A stretch of DNA of 63,501 nt, the filler included, from an uncultured Methanosarcinales archaeon (lineage in GTDB: Archaea > Nanobdellota > Nanobdellia > Woesearchaeales > DSVV01): NCBI GenBank assembly GCA_964593285.1. It is 4 parts of 4 records of this genome, joined end to end, with 100 filler letters (N's around TTAATTAATTAA, not from the genome) between each part and the next. Parts side by side here need not be neighbours in the genome. Positions count along the whole stretch, not along the records: positions 19,081 to 44,840 come from CAZQHZ010000016.1; 3 more parts are not named here. One strand, given 5' to 3'. This document shows, one piece after another, positions 21,164 to 30,605 of the stretch (positions are counted from its first letter, which is position 1; every line of letters begins with the position of its first letter). A model generated the notes under the pieces. It did no database searches. It had not been told where the DNA came from and saw only the letters and a list, made by a program, of their open reading frames with translations. Made by a program: the position numbers and the translations under genes.

Positions 21164-21462
21164 TTCTTGTAAAAAAACATATTACAAATAATAGATTAAT
21201 GCTTGCATTATGTGATAAGGATATTTTTGGGAAAAAATATATTGAAAATTCTGTTGTTTTAGATTTAAATTGTGATTTTTATAATGGCCTTGTTATGCCT
21301 GATGATGAAATAAAAGAGTTAATAAAAAAGTCATATATAGTTAATGCTGCTGGAATAAAATCAATAAATCTTATAAAAGAACTAAATTTGATAGATGAAA
21401 AAAATATTCTTTTTATTGAAAAAATACCGCACGCACAAATATTAATAACAATTAATGAATAA
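21160..21462 (+). CDS. DUF424 family protein
   Basis: ALCDKDIFGK...FYNG...IVNAAG...IPHAQ; typical neighbour of aIF2-beta. Confidence 0.85.
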   Translation: MILVKKHITNNRLMLALCDKDIFGKKYIENSVVLDLNCDFYNGLVMPDDEIKELIKKSYIVNAAGIKSINLIKELNLIDEKNILFIEKIPHAQILITINE

Positions 21463-21465
21463 ATC

Positions 21466-21681
21466 TTATTTAGAATTTAATTCTTTTTCAATTTCTTCTT
21501 CTTGTGGAGCTTTTTTTTTATTATCTACCATGTCTTTAATTTTTTTTGCTATTTTCTCAACTTCAACTAACATTGATAGATCTCCAAAATGCTCAATAGC
21601 ACAATCTTTACAATAATAATCATTTGTACCTTTTATATTATATTCGGCATCTTCAGAACATATTATACATTTTTTTGGCAT
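21466..21681 (-). CDS. Small zinc-finger protein
   Basis: CIIC...YYCKDCA. Confidence 0.7.
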   Translation of the reverse strand: MPKKCIICSEDAEYNIKGTNDYYCKDCAIEHFGDLSMLVEVEKIAKKIKDMVDNKKKAPQEEEIEKELNSK

Positions 21682-21788
21682 TATTTTCTTTGTATACCTA
21701 ATAATTTATAAATTTTTTGATATTATAACCTTTTTTGAGTGATTAAATATTTATAAGAATAATGCAATTTCGTAATTTTAAAATTAAA

Positions 21789-22844
21789 TTAAACCTTATA
21801 TCTTAAAATTGCACCAATTCCACCAAGTCCCTCAAGCTTTTTACCAGCTTCATGATCAGAACTAATAATTCTTATTTTTGCATTTATTGATTCTGTTGTT
21901 TTTAAAATATTGTCTAATTTAGAAAAAGTATTATCTTCTCGTGTTTTTTTTATCAAATTATCTGTAACCAATAATTCTTTTACTGCACCTAAATCAACTG
22001 CTTTTTTTGTTTCATTAAATCCATATACATAATTTTTTTCTTTTTTTATTTCTGTTAACAATTCCTCAACCGCTTTTGTTTCATTTACTATTCTATCTTC
22101 AGATAAAGCAGTAATAATTTCTGGACGTCTTAATACTTCATTAATTCCTTGAATTCCTGTATTGTTACAATTAGCTGAAATAATCTTTTTTTTTAAATAA
22201 TCATCTTTTATTTCATTTAATAAATAATCTTTAAAAAAAGAAGGACTTGCAACAACGATTTTATTAATATTATATTTTGTCGAATAATCTTTTAATACTT
22301 CAATTATATTTTTATAATATTTTTTGTTATCTATTTTTTCATCAACATATTTTTTTTGCATCTCGCCTTTAAATTCTGTTAAAATTTCAAAACCATAATT
22401 TTTCATTAAAGCAAAAATACATTCTTCTCGATCAAAAACACAAATTAAAATTCCTAACTTTTTTTCAGTTTCTGCTTCTTTTAATTTTTTTAACTGATAA
22501 TCGTAAAATTTTTCTTTTTCAATTGAAAAAATGGTATTTACTTCAAGATTAATTGTATGATATGAACCTAGTGAAATATCTTCTGGGGCTTCTATTATTT
22601 TCCCAGAAATTCTAAGAGCACTAGAATATTTATGAAATTCAATTTTTTCAACATTTATTTTTAATACAAATTTTTTCTTAACAGATTTACTAGATTCATC
22701 ATTTCCAACTTTAATCTTTCTATAAGTTACTGACTTAATTTTATCATTAATATCGATAATATGACTTAAAAACCATAAATCTTCTTCAGAACTAATTTGA
22801 ATTTTAGCAAAACCTTTTTTTAAATCTTTTTTTATAACTTTCAT
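21789..22844 (-). CDS. pelA: mRNA surveillance protein pelota
   Basis: EDLWFL, LRISGKI, GSYHT, LGGIGAILRY. Confidence 0.95.
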   Translation of the reverse strand: MKVIKKDLKKGFAKIQISSEEDLWFLSHIIDINDKIKSVTYRKIKVGNDESSKSVKKKFVLKINVEKIEFHKYSSALRISGKIIEAPEDISLGSYHTINLEVNTIFSIEKEKFYDYQLKKLKEAETEKKLGILICVFDREECIFALMKNYGFEILTEFKGEMQKKYVDEKIDNKKYYKNIIEVLKDYSTKYNINKIVVASPSFFKDYLLNEIKDDYLKKKIISANCNNTGIQGINEVLRRPEIITALSEDRIVNETKAVEELLTEIKKEKNYVYGFNETKKAVDLGAVKELLVTDNLIKKTREDNTFSKLDNILKTTESINAKIRIISSDHEAGKKLEGLGGIGAILRYKV

Positions 22845-22859
22845 TTTTTAATAAAATTA

Positions 22860-23339
22860 TCAATTAATAATGTCTTTTACTTCTTTAAAAATTTTTATAT
22901 TATATTTACTAATAAAATTTTCAAGTTCACTAGTAAATAAGTGATGTTTGTCTTTTGTTAAAATAACTGAATTTGTTTTGATTGCAGATGCAACTAAAAC
23001 TGCATCGCTTGGATCGTGAATGTGTTTTAATAAATTTTCATCTATGTTGTTAATAAAATCCCTTTGTTTTTTTATTTGTCCTAAACTTACATCTATATTT
23101 AAAATATCAATTTGTTTTTCTTTAAAAAAATCTCTGACTTTATGTTTTAAATTATGTTTAATACTATGAGTTACATGGATTAATTCTTCTATATTAAATG
23201 AAGTCATAGAAAAATTAATATTTTTAATAGTACTATGCTTGTCTTTTTTAATAATATCTATAAAAAAACAAGTATCAAACAATATTAAATTCTTTGAATT
23301 TAAATCAATATAATTAAATTTATTAAATATTTCTTTCAT
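22860..23339 (-). CDS. PIN domain protein
   Basis: LFDTCFF, EEL, DPSDAVLVA, LTKDKHH acidic pattern. Confidence 0.8.
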   Translation of the reverse strand: MKEIFNKFNYIDLNSKNLILFDTCFFIDIIKKDKHSTIKNINFSMTSFNIEELIHVTHSIKHNLKHKVRDFFKEKQIDILNIDVSLGQIKKQRDFINNIDENLLKHIHDPSDAVLVASAIKTNSVILTKDKHHLFTSELENFISKYNIKIFKEVKDIIN

Positions 23340-23341
23340 TT

Positions 23342-25360
23342 TTAGTTTTTTTGTTCATTAAAAAAATTTAAAGCAAAATTATATACAAGCGGTTTAAAAT
23401 TTATGGTATTATCAATTTTATTTAAATTAGGAAATTTATGATTTTTGTTTTCAACACAAAATCTAAATTGATTTTTAAATGGAATTTCACATTGATTTAA
23501 ATCATTTTCTTCTAATTGTTCCATATAATTAATATCTGCTAAAATAAATTTATCTTCTTTTTTAAATATATAGATTGAATCACTAACAAAATTTAAATCT
23601 TTATTTTTTGTAAAAAAATTAATAACTTTTTTAAAAATTCCTTCTTCATTAAAACTTAATGAGTATTTATTTTCCTCTTTTATGTCAAATTCATCATTTG
23701 AATCAAAATAATACAAATTATATTCTTTTAAAATTATTTCATTTAAATTATTATTTAAATCAACAAAAGAAATGTTTTTTTTATTATTTTCATCATAATT
23801 TATTATTTCAAAATCAATTTTTTCATTATTTAAAAAATCAATGTCTTGTAAACTTATATTGCAATAACAATCATCATCAGTTGTTAATAAACATCTTTTA
23901 ATTTTATCATATAACTCATAAAATAAATGCTCATTATTAGCATTACATTTTCTAGACCATGTTATATTTTCATTATTAAAAGTTATTATTTTTTCATCAA
24001 CACAATTTTCAATTCCTTCATTTAATTTACAATTATCTATTAACTCAATACTTTGCTTTCTAAGTTTTGTATAAAAATTAAAATCATAATTGATTTTTGT
24101 TTTAAAATTTGTATCAATTAAATAATTAAAATATGAATAATCAGTTGAATAATCAAATGCTAAATCATCTTTTTTTATATTTGATTGTTTTATGTTTTCA
24201 TATTTAGCTTCCTCGTCTTCTGCTGAAATTAATGGCATGTCTTGTTTCATTTCTAAAAAATCATATCTATAAACTGCAACAATTTCATGTTTTGCTCCTG
24301 GCCAATAAAATGAGGGTATTTTTTCAATAACTAAACCTTTACTTCCTCTGCTATGCATTATTTCACTATTCTCTTTATATATTCCAATATGACAAATTTT
24401 TCTATTTAAATTATCATGGCATGGATCAATAAATAATATATCACCATTTTTTGCATTTTTTTCAATAATTTCTTTTGTACATTTTTTATTAGTATTAGAA
24501 TCACAAATTACTTCGCCATACTCTTTTGCATATTTTAAATAATACATTTCAGCAGTTGTTCTTTCAATATTTATACCAATGTGTCTTAAATTCCACCAAA
24601 CAAACCCTGAACAATCAAACCCTGGATTTATTTCTGTTGGAATTTGTATTCCTCTAAATATAGGATTATTTTGTTTTTGTAAATTTAAAACTTCTTGATA
24701 ACTATATGGACTAATACCACCTAATTGATAAGTTAAACCATTAAAAATTTTTGCAAAATTGTATGCTGTTTCATAAAATATTTTGTTAGCATTGTTTTCG
24801 TCAAATTCGCTAATTCTTGTTTGAACTGAATCATAATTTATTAAATAATCGTCTGCTGAAGAAAAAGTTAAAGGTGTAAATGAATGCCCTTCTAATTCGT
24901 TTTCTTCATTTATATATAAATGATAATTAAATTTTTGAAATTGAGCATAATTATATTTTTCTAAATATGAATTTAATTTTAAAATAAAATAATAATTCAA
25001 TGAATTTTCCAAATCTTTTTTTTGTGGAAATGAACCATGTGTTTTAAATTTTTCACAGTTCCACAAAACAAATCCTAAGGCCTTACCACATTTTGAATCA
25101 TTTTTATATCCCCCATATTTTGATAATTGAATTAATGATTCAACATAACTAAACTCAACACTTTTATCTAAATAAAATAGAGCATCTTGTGCATTAAATG
25201 TTGTATTTAAAATAATAATTTGAAACTTTCCAACACTATCTTCAAAAGAATTTATATTTGAAGAAAAAATAACTAACAATGAGCTAAAAGCAACTAAAGT
25301 TATTATAACTAAAAATACAGGAAATACCCATCCTTTTTTGTGTTTTTTTAAATTAATCAT
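23342..25360 (-). CDS. Class III signal peptide protein with internal NlpC/P60 cysteine peptidase domain
   Basis: KKG/WVFPVFLVIITLV; YQLGG...GFDCSGFVWW...RTTAEMY...GDILF...HIGIY...MHS. Confidence 0.88.
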   Translation of the reverse strand: MINLKKHKKGWVFPVFLVIITLVAFSSLLVIFSSNINSFEDSVGKFQIIILNTTFNAQDALFYLDKSVEFSYVESLIQLSKYGGYKNDSKCGKALGFVLWNCEKFKTHGSFPQKKDLENSLNYYFILKLNSYLEKYNYAQFQKFNYHLYINEENELEGHSFTPLTFSSADDYLINYDSVQTRISEFDENNANKIFYETAYNFAKIFNGLTYQLGGISPYSYQEVLNLQKQNNPIFRGIQIPTEINPGFDCSGFVWWNLRHIGINIERTTAEMYYLKYAKEYGEVICDSNTNKKCTKEIIEKNAKNGDILFIDPCHDNLNRKICHIGIYKENSEIMHSRGSKGLVIEKIPSFYWPGAKHEIVAVYRYDFLEMKQDMPLISAEDEEAKYENIKQSNIKKDDLAFDYSTDYSYFNYLIDTNFKTKINYDFNFYTKLRKQSIELIDNCKLNEGIENCVDEKIITFNNENITWSRKCNANNEHLFYELYDKIKRCLLTTDDDCYCNISLQDIDFLNNEKIDFEIINYDENNKKNISFVDLNNNLNEIILKEYNLYYFDSNDEFDIKEENKYSLSFNEEGIFKKVINFFTKNKDLNFVSDSIYIFKKEDKFILADINYMEQLEENDLNQCEIPFKNQFRFCVENKNHKFPNLNKIDNTINFKPLVYNFALNFFNEQKN

Positions 25361-25853
25361 TTTTCACAAGCAACCCGTATATTTTTATTAATTCATCATT
25401 TTTTAAAGTAGGAATATTTATTATACAATCATATCCTTTTTTATCGTGTGGATTAACTAAATAAGCATCGTTAAGTTCTAAATTATCAGAATATAATACT
25501 ACTTTTTCATAATTTGATTCTTTTTGTATAAATAAAATTAAATCATTTAGCTGATTTTCTAAATCTTCAATATAATTTTCATCATAATATGCAAATGCAA
25601 TATAGGTTGCAAAATCTGTTTTATAACCATCAACTTCAATTGGTGTTTTTAATATTTGAGTTAAAATAATATTACAATCATAATTATTTGTAGCAACATC
25701 TATTTTAGAAACAATTTTATCATTTGAAATAGAAAAAACAATTATAAAGATTATAAAAATTATAAAAATAGCTAAAATTGCAAACACATCTATTGTAACT
25801 TCTGCAAAAAATGCTTTTTTATTTTTTATAAAATTTTTATTTTTTAATTTCAT
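25353..25853 (-). CDS. Pilin-like protein, class III signal peptide
   Basis: KKA/FFAEVTIDVFAILAIFIIFIIF. Confidence 0.75.
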   Translation of the reverse strand: MKLKNKNFIKNKKAFFAEVTIDVFAILAIFIIFIIFIIVFSISNDKIVSKIDVATNNYDCNIILTQILKTPIEVDGYKTDFATYIAFAYYDENYIEDLENQLNDLILFIQKESNYEKVVLYSDNLELNDAYLVNPHDKKGYDCIINIPTLKNDELIKIYGLLVKND

Positions 25854-25861
25854 TTTAAAAT

Positions 25862-26470
25862 CTAACTTCTTGGAATTAAAACTGTTATATTAATAAAACC
25901 TTGATTTATATTACCATCTTCATAAATATTAACATAATAAATTTTATTTTTTTTAAATATGCTTCCTGGGCCAAAATCTTCATTTTTATTTCTTTTTGAT
26001 TGCATAAAATTCATATTAGCAATAGGTAAATATGTATCAAATAAATTTTTATTTAAATAAATTGAATTTGATAATTGTTTATTATTGAATTGATATCTTT
26101 TTTTATTTTTATTTAATAAAGAAATTTTCATTGTAGCCATTTTTAAATTATTATCGTTTCCTAAATCAAATAATTCATCTAAAATATTTTCATTATTAAT
26201 TAAAAAAAAAGAAGCATTTATTGTAAATGGATAGTTTCTATTAATTGAATTATCAAAATATGATGGACCATCTAAATTTAAAAAAGTTAAATAAATTAAA
26301 TTATTAGCTTCAAGTTCAATTGTATCTATATCAAAAAAAATATACTTATTTACAACAACAACAAATGCAATAAATAAAAAACTTAACATAAATAACCGTA
26401 CAAAAACAAACATAATTGTTTTAAATGTGGTTTCTGCTCTTTTTTTTTTAATAATTTTTTTTATTTGCAT
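25862..26470 (-). CDS. Pilin-like protein, class III-like signal peptide
   Basis: KRA/ETTFKTIMFVFVRLFMLSFLFIAFVV. Confidence 0.7.
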   Translation of the reverse strand: MQIKKIIKKKRAETTFKTIMFVFVRLFMLSFLFIAFVVVVNKYIFFDIDTIELEANNLIYLTFLNLDGPSYFDNSINRNYPFTINASFFLINNENILDELFDLGNDNNLKMATMKISLLNKNKKRYQFNNKQLSNSIYLNKNLFDTYLPIANMNFMQSKRNKNEDFGPGSIFKKNKIYYVNIYEDGNINQGFINITVLIPRS

Positions 26471-26473
26471 TTT

Positions 26474-27457
26474 TTATTTTTCATAAGTTGAAAAAGAATT
26501 TAATAACGTTCTTGAAAATTCTGTTTCAAATTTATTAATAAATTCTTCATCGTTAAATAAATCTTTTGGAATAATAATTTTAATTACAAATGAAAAATCA
26601 TAAGATGAACCAATATTACCACTAAAATAAAATTCATTATTTCCTGGAAGAATTTTTACATCAGTAAAATAATTTAAATCTAAAATTTCTTTTTGAAAAT
26701 TACATATTAATCCTTGATTTTTATCATCTAAATTAAAATAATAAATTGTTAAATCAATATCATCAATGTTATTTTTTTCAACTAAATCAATTGCAAATAA
26801 AATATTAATGAAATTTTTATTTAAATTTCCATATTTATTATTTACATCATCTATACTACTTTTTTGTAAACGATAATTATTTAAATTAATATATTTAAAA
26901 TCTGTTAAAAATAAATCAACTATTTTTTTTGAATTTTTTATATTAACTATATCAACATATTTAAATTCAGATAAAAATTTTTCATTCGCATTATTACATA
27001 CTATATCTAAATCAAACAAATTTAAATTTGCTCCAATATTAAAATTGTTTTTTGTTTTTTTAAATGTGACTACATTTGAATTTTTTATATCTTCAAAATT
27101 TTTTATTATTTTTTTATTATTAAAATAAGGATATGAACTAATTCTTGTTTTTTCATCTATATTATTAATTAAAACTTTATTATCAGTAAATGAAATTTCA
27201 AAATCATTTAAAATTGTTTTTGAGTAAGAAAAAAATAAATCACCAGGTATTGATTGAATTGTATTTACAATAAAAGAAATATCTTTTGATAATGCTTCTC
27301 TTTTAAAAGATGAATTATCTTTTACATCACTAATAAAATTAAAAAGAGCAATAGTGATTAATGATATTAAAATTATTTCAATAATAGTCCATAAAGATAA
27401 CCTAATTCCAGCTTTTTTTTTGAATTTAAAAAAATTATTCTTATTATAATTATACAT
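26474..27457 (-). CDS. Pilin-like protein; C-terminal half possibly a degenerate Amidase_3-like fold
   Basis: KKA/GIRLSLWTIIEIILISLI; fold call is by pattern only. Confidence 0.65.
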   Translation of the reverse strand: MYNYNKNNFFKFKKKAGIRLSLWTIIEIILISLITIALFNFISDVKDNSSFKREALSKDISFIVNTIQSIPGDLFFSYSKTILNDFEISFTDNKVLINNIDEKTRISSYPYFNNKKIIKNFEDIKNSNVVTFKKTKNNFNIGANLNLFDLDIVCNNANEKFLSEFKYVDIVNIKNSKKIVDLFLTDFKYINLNNYRLQKSSIDDVNNKYGNLNKNFINILFAIDLVEKNNIDDIDLTIYYFNLDDKNQGLICNFQKEILDLNYFTDVKILPGNNEFYFSGNIGSSYDFSFVIKIIIPKDLFNDEEFINKFETEFSRTLLNSFSTYEK

Positions 27458-27574
27458 AAATAAAATTATTAAGAAAGCTATATAAAAATGTTTTTATTAA
27501 TTAATGAATATTTATAAATTTTTTTAAAATAAAAAATATTAATATTTATAAACACTAAAATATTTAACTAAATA

Positions 27575-28939
27575 ATGGTTGAAATTAATAAAAATAAATT
27601 AACCAGAATTTTTTTAAATGAAAATAAAACAAAAAAACCATTAAAAAGATCAACATCTGGCTATGAAACAGAACAATTTGTTTTAAATAATGATGGAAGT
27701 ATTGATAATTCTGAAATTTTAATTAAAAAAGCAAAAGCAAAAAAATTACCAATACAAAAAGAATGTGCAAAAAGCATGATTGAATTAAGTTGTCTACCTG
27801 CAAAAAGGCTAAAAATGACATCTGAATCAATGGTAGATAACCACATACTTTTACAGGAAATTGCTTATGGTGAGGATAAATATCTATATCCTTTTGGAAC
27901 ATATTTTGGAAATAATAATGTTGTTTTTCGAAATAAAATTAATTATAATATTAAAAAAAAAGTTTTAGGAGAAAATAGATTTAAATATGCAGGATACTGC
28001 TGTGGATGCCATCAACATTATGCCTTGCCAAGAGGAATTTTTGATAAAAAAAACAAAATAATTAAAGAGATGAATTATTCTAAAATTAATAAAACATTAG
28101 TTGATAGTTTTAATTTTATGACTGCAATAGATCCTGTGCTTACTACATTAACTCAAAGTTCCCCATATTTTGATAATAAATTATTTGCAAAAAATTCTAG
28201 AGTTATAATATATAGAGGTGGAAAATTTTTAAAATTTAAAGATGGAACATATTCAAAACATAGATTATTTGGTGGACTCCAGCAATATAAAACTACAGTT
28301 AGGGATTTAAATACAGTTCAAAAAAGAAGATTTCAAAAATGGAAAATATTAGTTAAAAAAGCAGGATATGATGTTAATAAACATATAAAATCAGAAAAAA
28401 TATTATCATACAATTGGTCTCCAGTAAAAATTAATCCACTTGGAACACTTGAATATAGAGGATATGATATGAATTATTTATCTACAATATTTGGAGCATC
28501 AACCTTATTAAAATTTTCATTAAGAGAAATACAACAAAGATTTAAAATTGTTGTTCCATTAGATATTTCAATTAAAGAATCATTTAAAATAGAAAATAAT
28601 ATGATTTTTATACCTTCATTTTCTGAAATTTTAAGATTACAAAAAAAAGCAGCATATTATGGTTTAGAAGATAATGATGTATATACATATGTTAAAAATT
28701 TTTATAATTTAGCAAAAGATATGACAAATAAAAATTATCATCCTTTGCTTTTACCAATAAAAGAAATAATAGATAATAGAAAAACAACATCTGATGAAAT
28801 TATAGATTATTTTAAAAAAAAAGGTTTTAAAAATAAAATAAACCAAAGTGTAGCAAAAGAAGCAGCAATTTATTTTTCAAATAAATTTAGAAAAGATTTA
28901 GTTAGGACAAAAAATATTTTTGATGATGTTAGAGATTAA
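27575..28939 (+). CDS. Glutamate-cysteine ligase family 2 (GCS2) / carboxylate-amine ligase
   Basis: GYETEQFV, MIELS, PFGTY, GCHQH, SSPYFD, GTLEYRGYD. Confidence 0.8.
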   Translation: MVEINKNKLTRIFLNENKTKKPLKRSTSGYETEQFVLNNDGSIDNSEILIKKAKAKKLPIQKECAKSMIELSCLPAKRLKMTSESMVDNHILLQEIAYGEDKYLYPFGTYFGNNNVVFRNKINYNIKKKVLGENRFKYAGYCCGCHQHYALPRGIFDKKNKIIKEMNYSKINKTLVDSFNFMTAIDPVLTTLTQSSPYFDNKLFAKNSRVIIYRGGKFLKFKDGTYSKHRLFGGLQQYKTTVRDLNTVQKRRFQKWKILVKKAGYDVNKHIKSEKILSYNWSPVKINPLGTLEYRGYDMNYLSTIFGASTLLKFSLREIQQRFKIVVPLDISIKESFKIENNMIFIPSFSEILRLQKKAAYYGLEDNDVYTYVKNFYNLAKDMTNKNYHPLLLPIKEIIDNRKTTSDEIIDYFKKKGFKNKINQSVAKEAAIYFSNKFRKDLVRTKNIFDDVRD

Positions 28940-30042
28940 TTTTTATTAATCCTAAATCCTTTTTCTTCAACTATATCAAAAATTTTTACTAAATCATTTG
29001 ATATTTTTTCGGTTTTTGTTTTGTATGTTCTTAATCTATTTTTTGACATGTAAATTTTTTTATTAATTTCCATTGAAAATATGAATAAAAAAGGATATTT
29101 ACTTGAAAGCCACTTTAATATAAAACCACCACCATAAGGTCTATTAATTCCAACTTTTCTATAACCTAAAGAAATAATTCTTTTTTTAATACTTTTTACA
29201 ATAGGCAGATAAAATTTTGGAATAAAATGTGTTCCAAGTGAAAAATCAGGTCTTTTAGGTTCATGTCTCATGGAATGTGCATCAAAAATAATATTAAAAT
29301 TAAAAACATCTAAAAGCCTTGTTAATAATGAATAAAAACTTGAATAAAATGAATGTATTTCATTAATTTCTTTTGTTGTTAAATCTTCTTTCCATATTTT
29401 ATTTAAATTGTTGTTTTGGTTTTGCTTGTTTTCATAAATACAATTACTAATATTTCTATTTAAATCACAATAAAATCTAGAACATTTATTATCAATCCAA
29501 ACACCACCCTGATTTAAAACAAGTTTAGAATATAATTTATTTGTATCAATATCTTCTTCTTTTTTTCGATTAGTTGAAGAAAGATACATTTTTTTTTCAA
29601 CATTATTAGGTATATATGTTCCTGAATGAATTGTTAATAATAGAATATTAAATTGATTTTTTTTATAATTATTATATACAATTATCCCATGTTTTGTAAT
29701 CGTAACATTAATATTATTGTTTATTAAATAAACATGTTCTAAATCTTCTTTTATTTGCTCCCATATTTTAACATCTAAAAAAAAATCTTTAAAATACCTT
29801 TTGTTTCTATCTTTATAAAATTCTTTTATATCTCCTTCTAAAATTTTACCAAAAACCTTATAATATTTTAATAATGAAATAAAATTTAAATGCAAATCAT
29901 TTTCGATTCTTAAACTTATATTTTCAACTAATTTAAATAACATAAATCTTTTTGATAAGCTAATTGTAATTGAATTAGAAGTTGGTTTTAATAAAATGGG
30001 ACTTATTCTTTCAATAAATTTATTAAAATTATCTTTTATCAT
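28936..30042 (-). CDS. N-formylglutamate amidohydrolase family protein with N-terminal extension
   Basis: IHSGT, EEDIDT, SRFYCDLNR, DAHSM, RPDFSLG, NRPYGGG, MEINKKIYM. Confidence 0.88.
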   Translation of the reverse strand: MIKDNFNKFIERISPILLKPTSNSITISLSKRFMLFKLVENISLRIENDLHLNFISLLKYYKVFGKILEGDIKEFYKDRNKRYFKDFFLDVKIWEQIKEDLEHVYLINNNINVTITKHGIIVYNNYKKNQFNILLLTIHSGTYIPNNVEKKMYLSSTNRKKEEDIDTNKLYSKLVLNQGGVWIDNKCSRFYCDLNRNISNCIYENKQNQNNNLNKIWKEDLTTKEINEIHSFYSSFYSLLTRLLDVFNFNIIFDAHSMRHEPKRPDFSLGTHFIPKFYLPIVKSIKKRIISLGYRKVGINRPYGGGFILKWLSSKYPFLFIFSMEINKKIYMSKNRLRTYKTKTEKISNDLVKIFDIVEEKGFRINKN

Positions 30043-30098
30043 CAGAATTTAATTAAATAAATAGTTTATATATTTTTTGAATTAAAAATAAAAAAAAA

Positions 30099-30290
30099 TT
30101 ATTTTTTACGCTCAACTTTTCCATCAATAAAATTAATTTCGTCTTTGATTTTTCTTAAAAGGTCTTTGTCTTGCAGACTACTTTTAATGTCTGATTTAAT
30201 GTATGAATCAAAATATGCTATTTTTTCTTCAATTAAATCAAGACGTTTCTCTATTTTTTCAATTCTTAAATCATTTACTGTATGTGTCAT
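30099..30290 (-). CDS. Small coiled-coil hypothetical protein
   Basis: Packed 3 nt after upstream gene; heptad pattern. Confidence 0.6.
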   Translation of the reverse strand: MTHTVNDLRIEKIEKRLDLIEEKIAYFDSYIKSDIKSSLQDKDLLRKIKDEINFIDGKVERKK

Positions 30291-30293
30291 TTT

Positions 30294-30605
30294 TTATTTT
30301 TTCTTTTTTACTATTTTATTAATTGTTGCAGTAACAGCAGCACCAATAGCAGCACCAACTCCAGCTGCAATTAAAGCTGCTTTTTCTGGATGTTTTTTTG
30401 CATAAGTTTCAGCTTTTTTTTCTGCTGTAATTAATTGTTTTTTTAATTTATCCATCTCTTTTGTTGCTACATCTTTTACATTTGTTGCTCTTTGTTTAAT
30501 TGTTGTTTTTGCTTTATTTACTGCTTTTTTTGCTTTTTTTATAGGTACACTTTTTTTAACTTGTTTTTTTTTAACTACTTTTTTTTTAGTAACCATTTTT
30601 TTCAC
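30294..30605 (-). CDS. DUF883 / ElaB-YqjD-like tail-anchored protein
   Basis: Basic helical N-part then YAKKHPEKAALIAAGVGAAIG. Confidence 0.7.
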   Translation of the reverse strand: MKKMVTKKKVVKKKQVKKSVPIKKAKKAVNKAKTTIKQRATNVKDVATKEMDKLKKQLITAEKKAETYAKKHPEKAALIAAGVGAAIGAAVTATINKIVKKKK

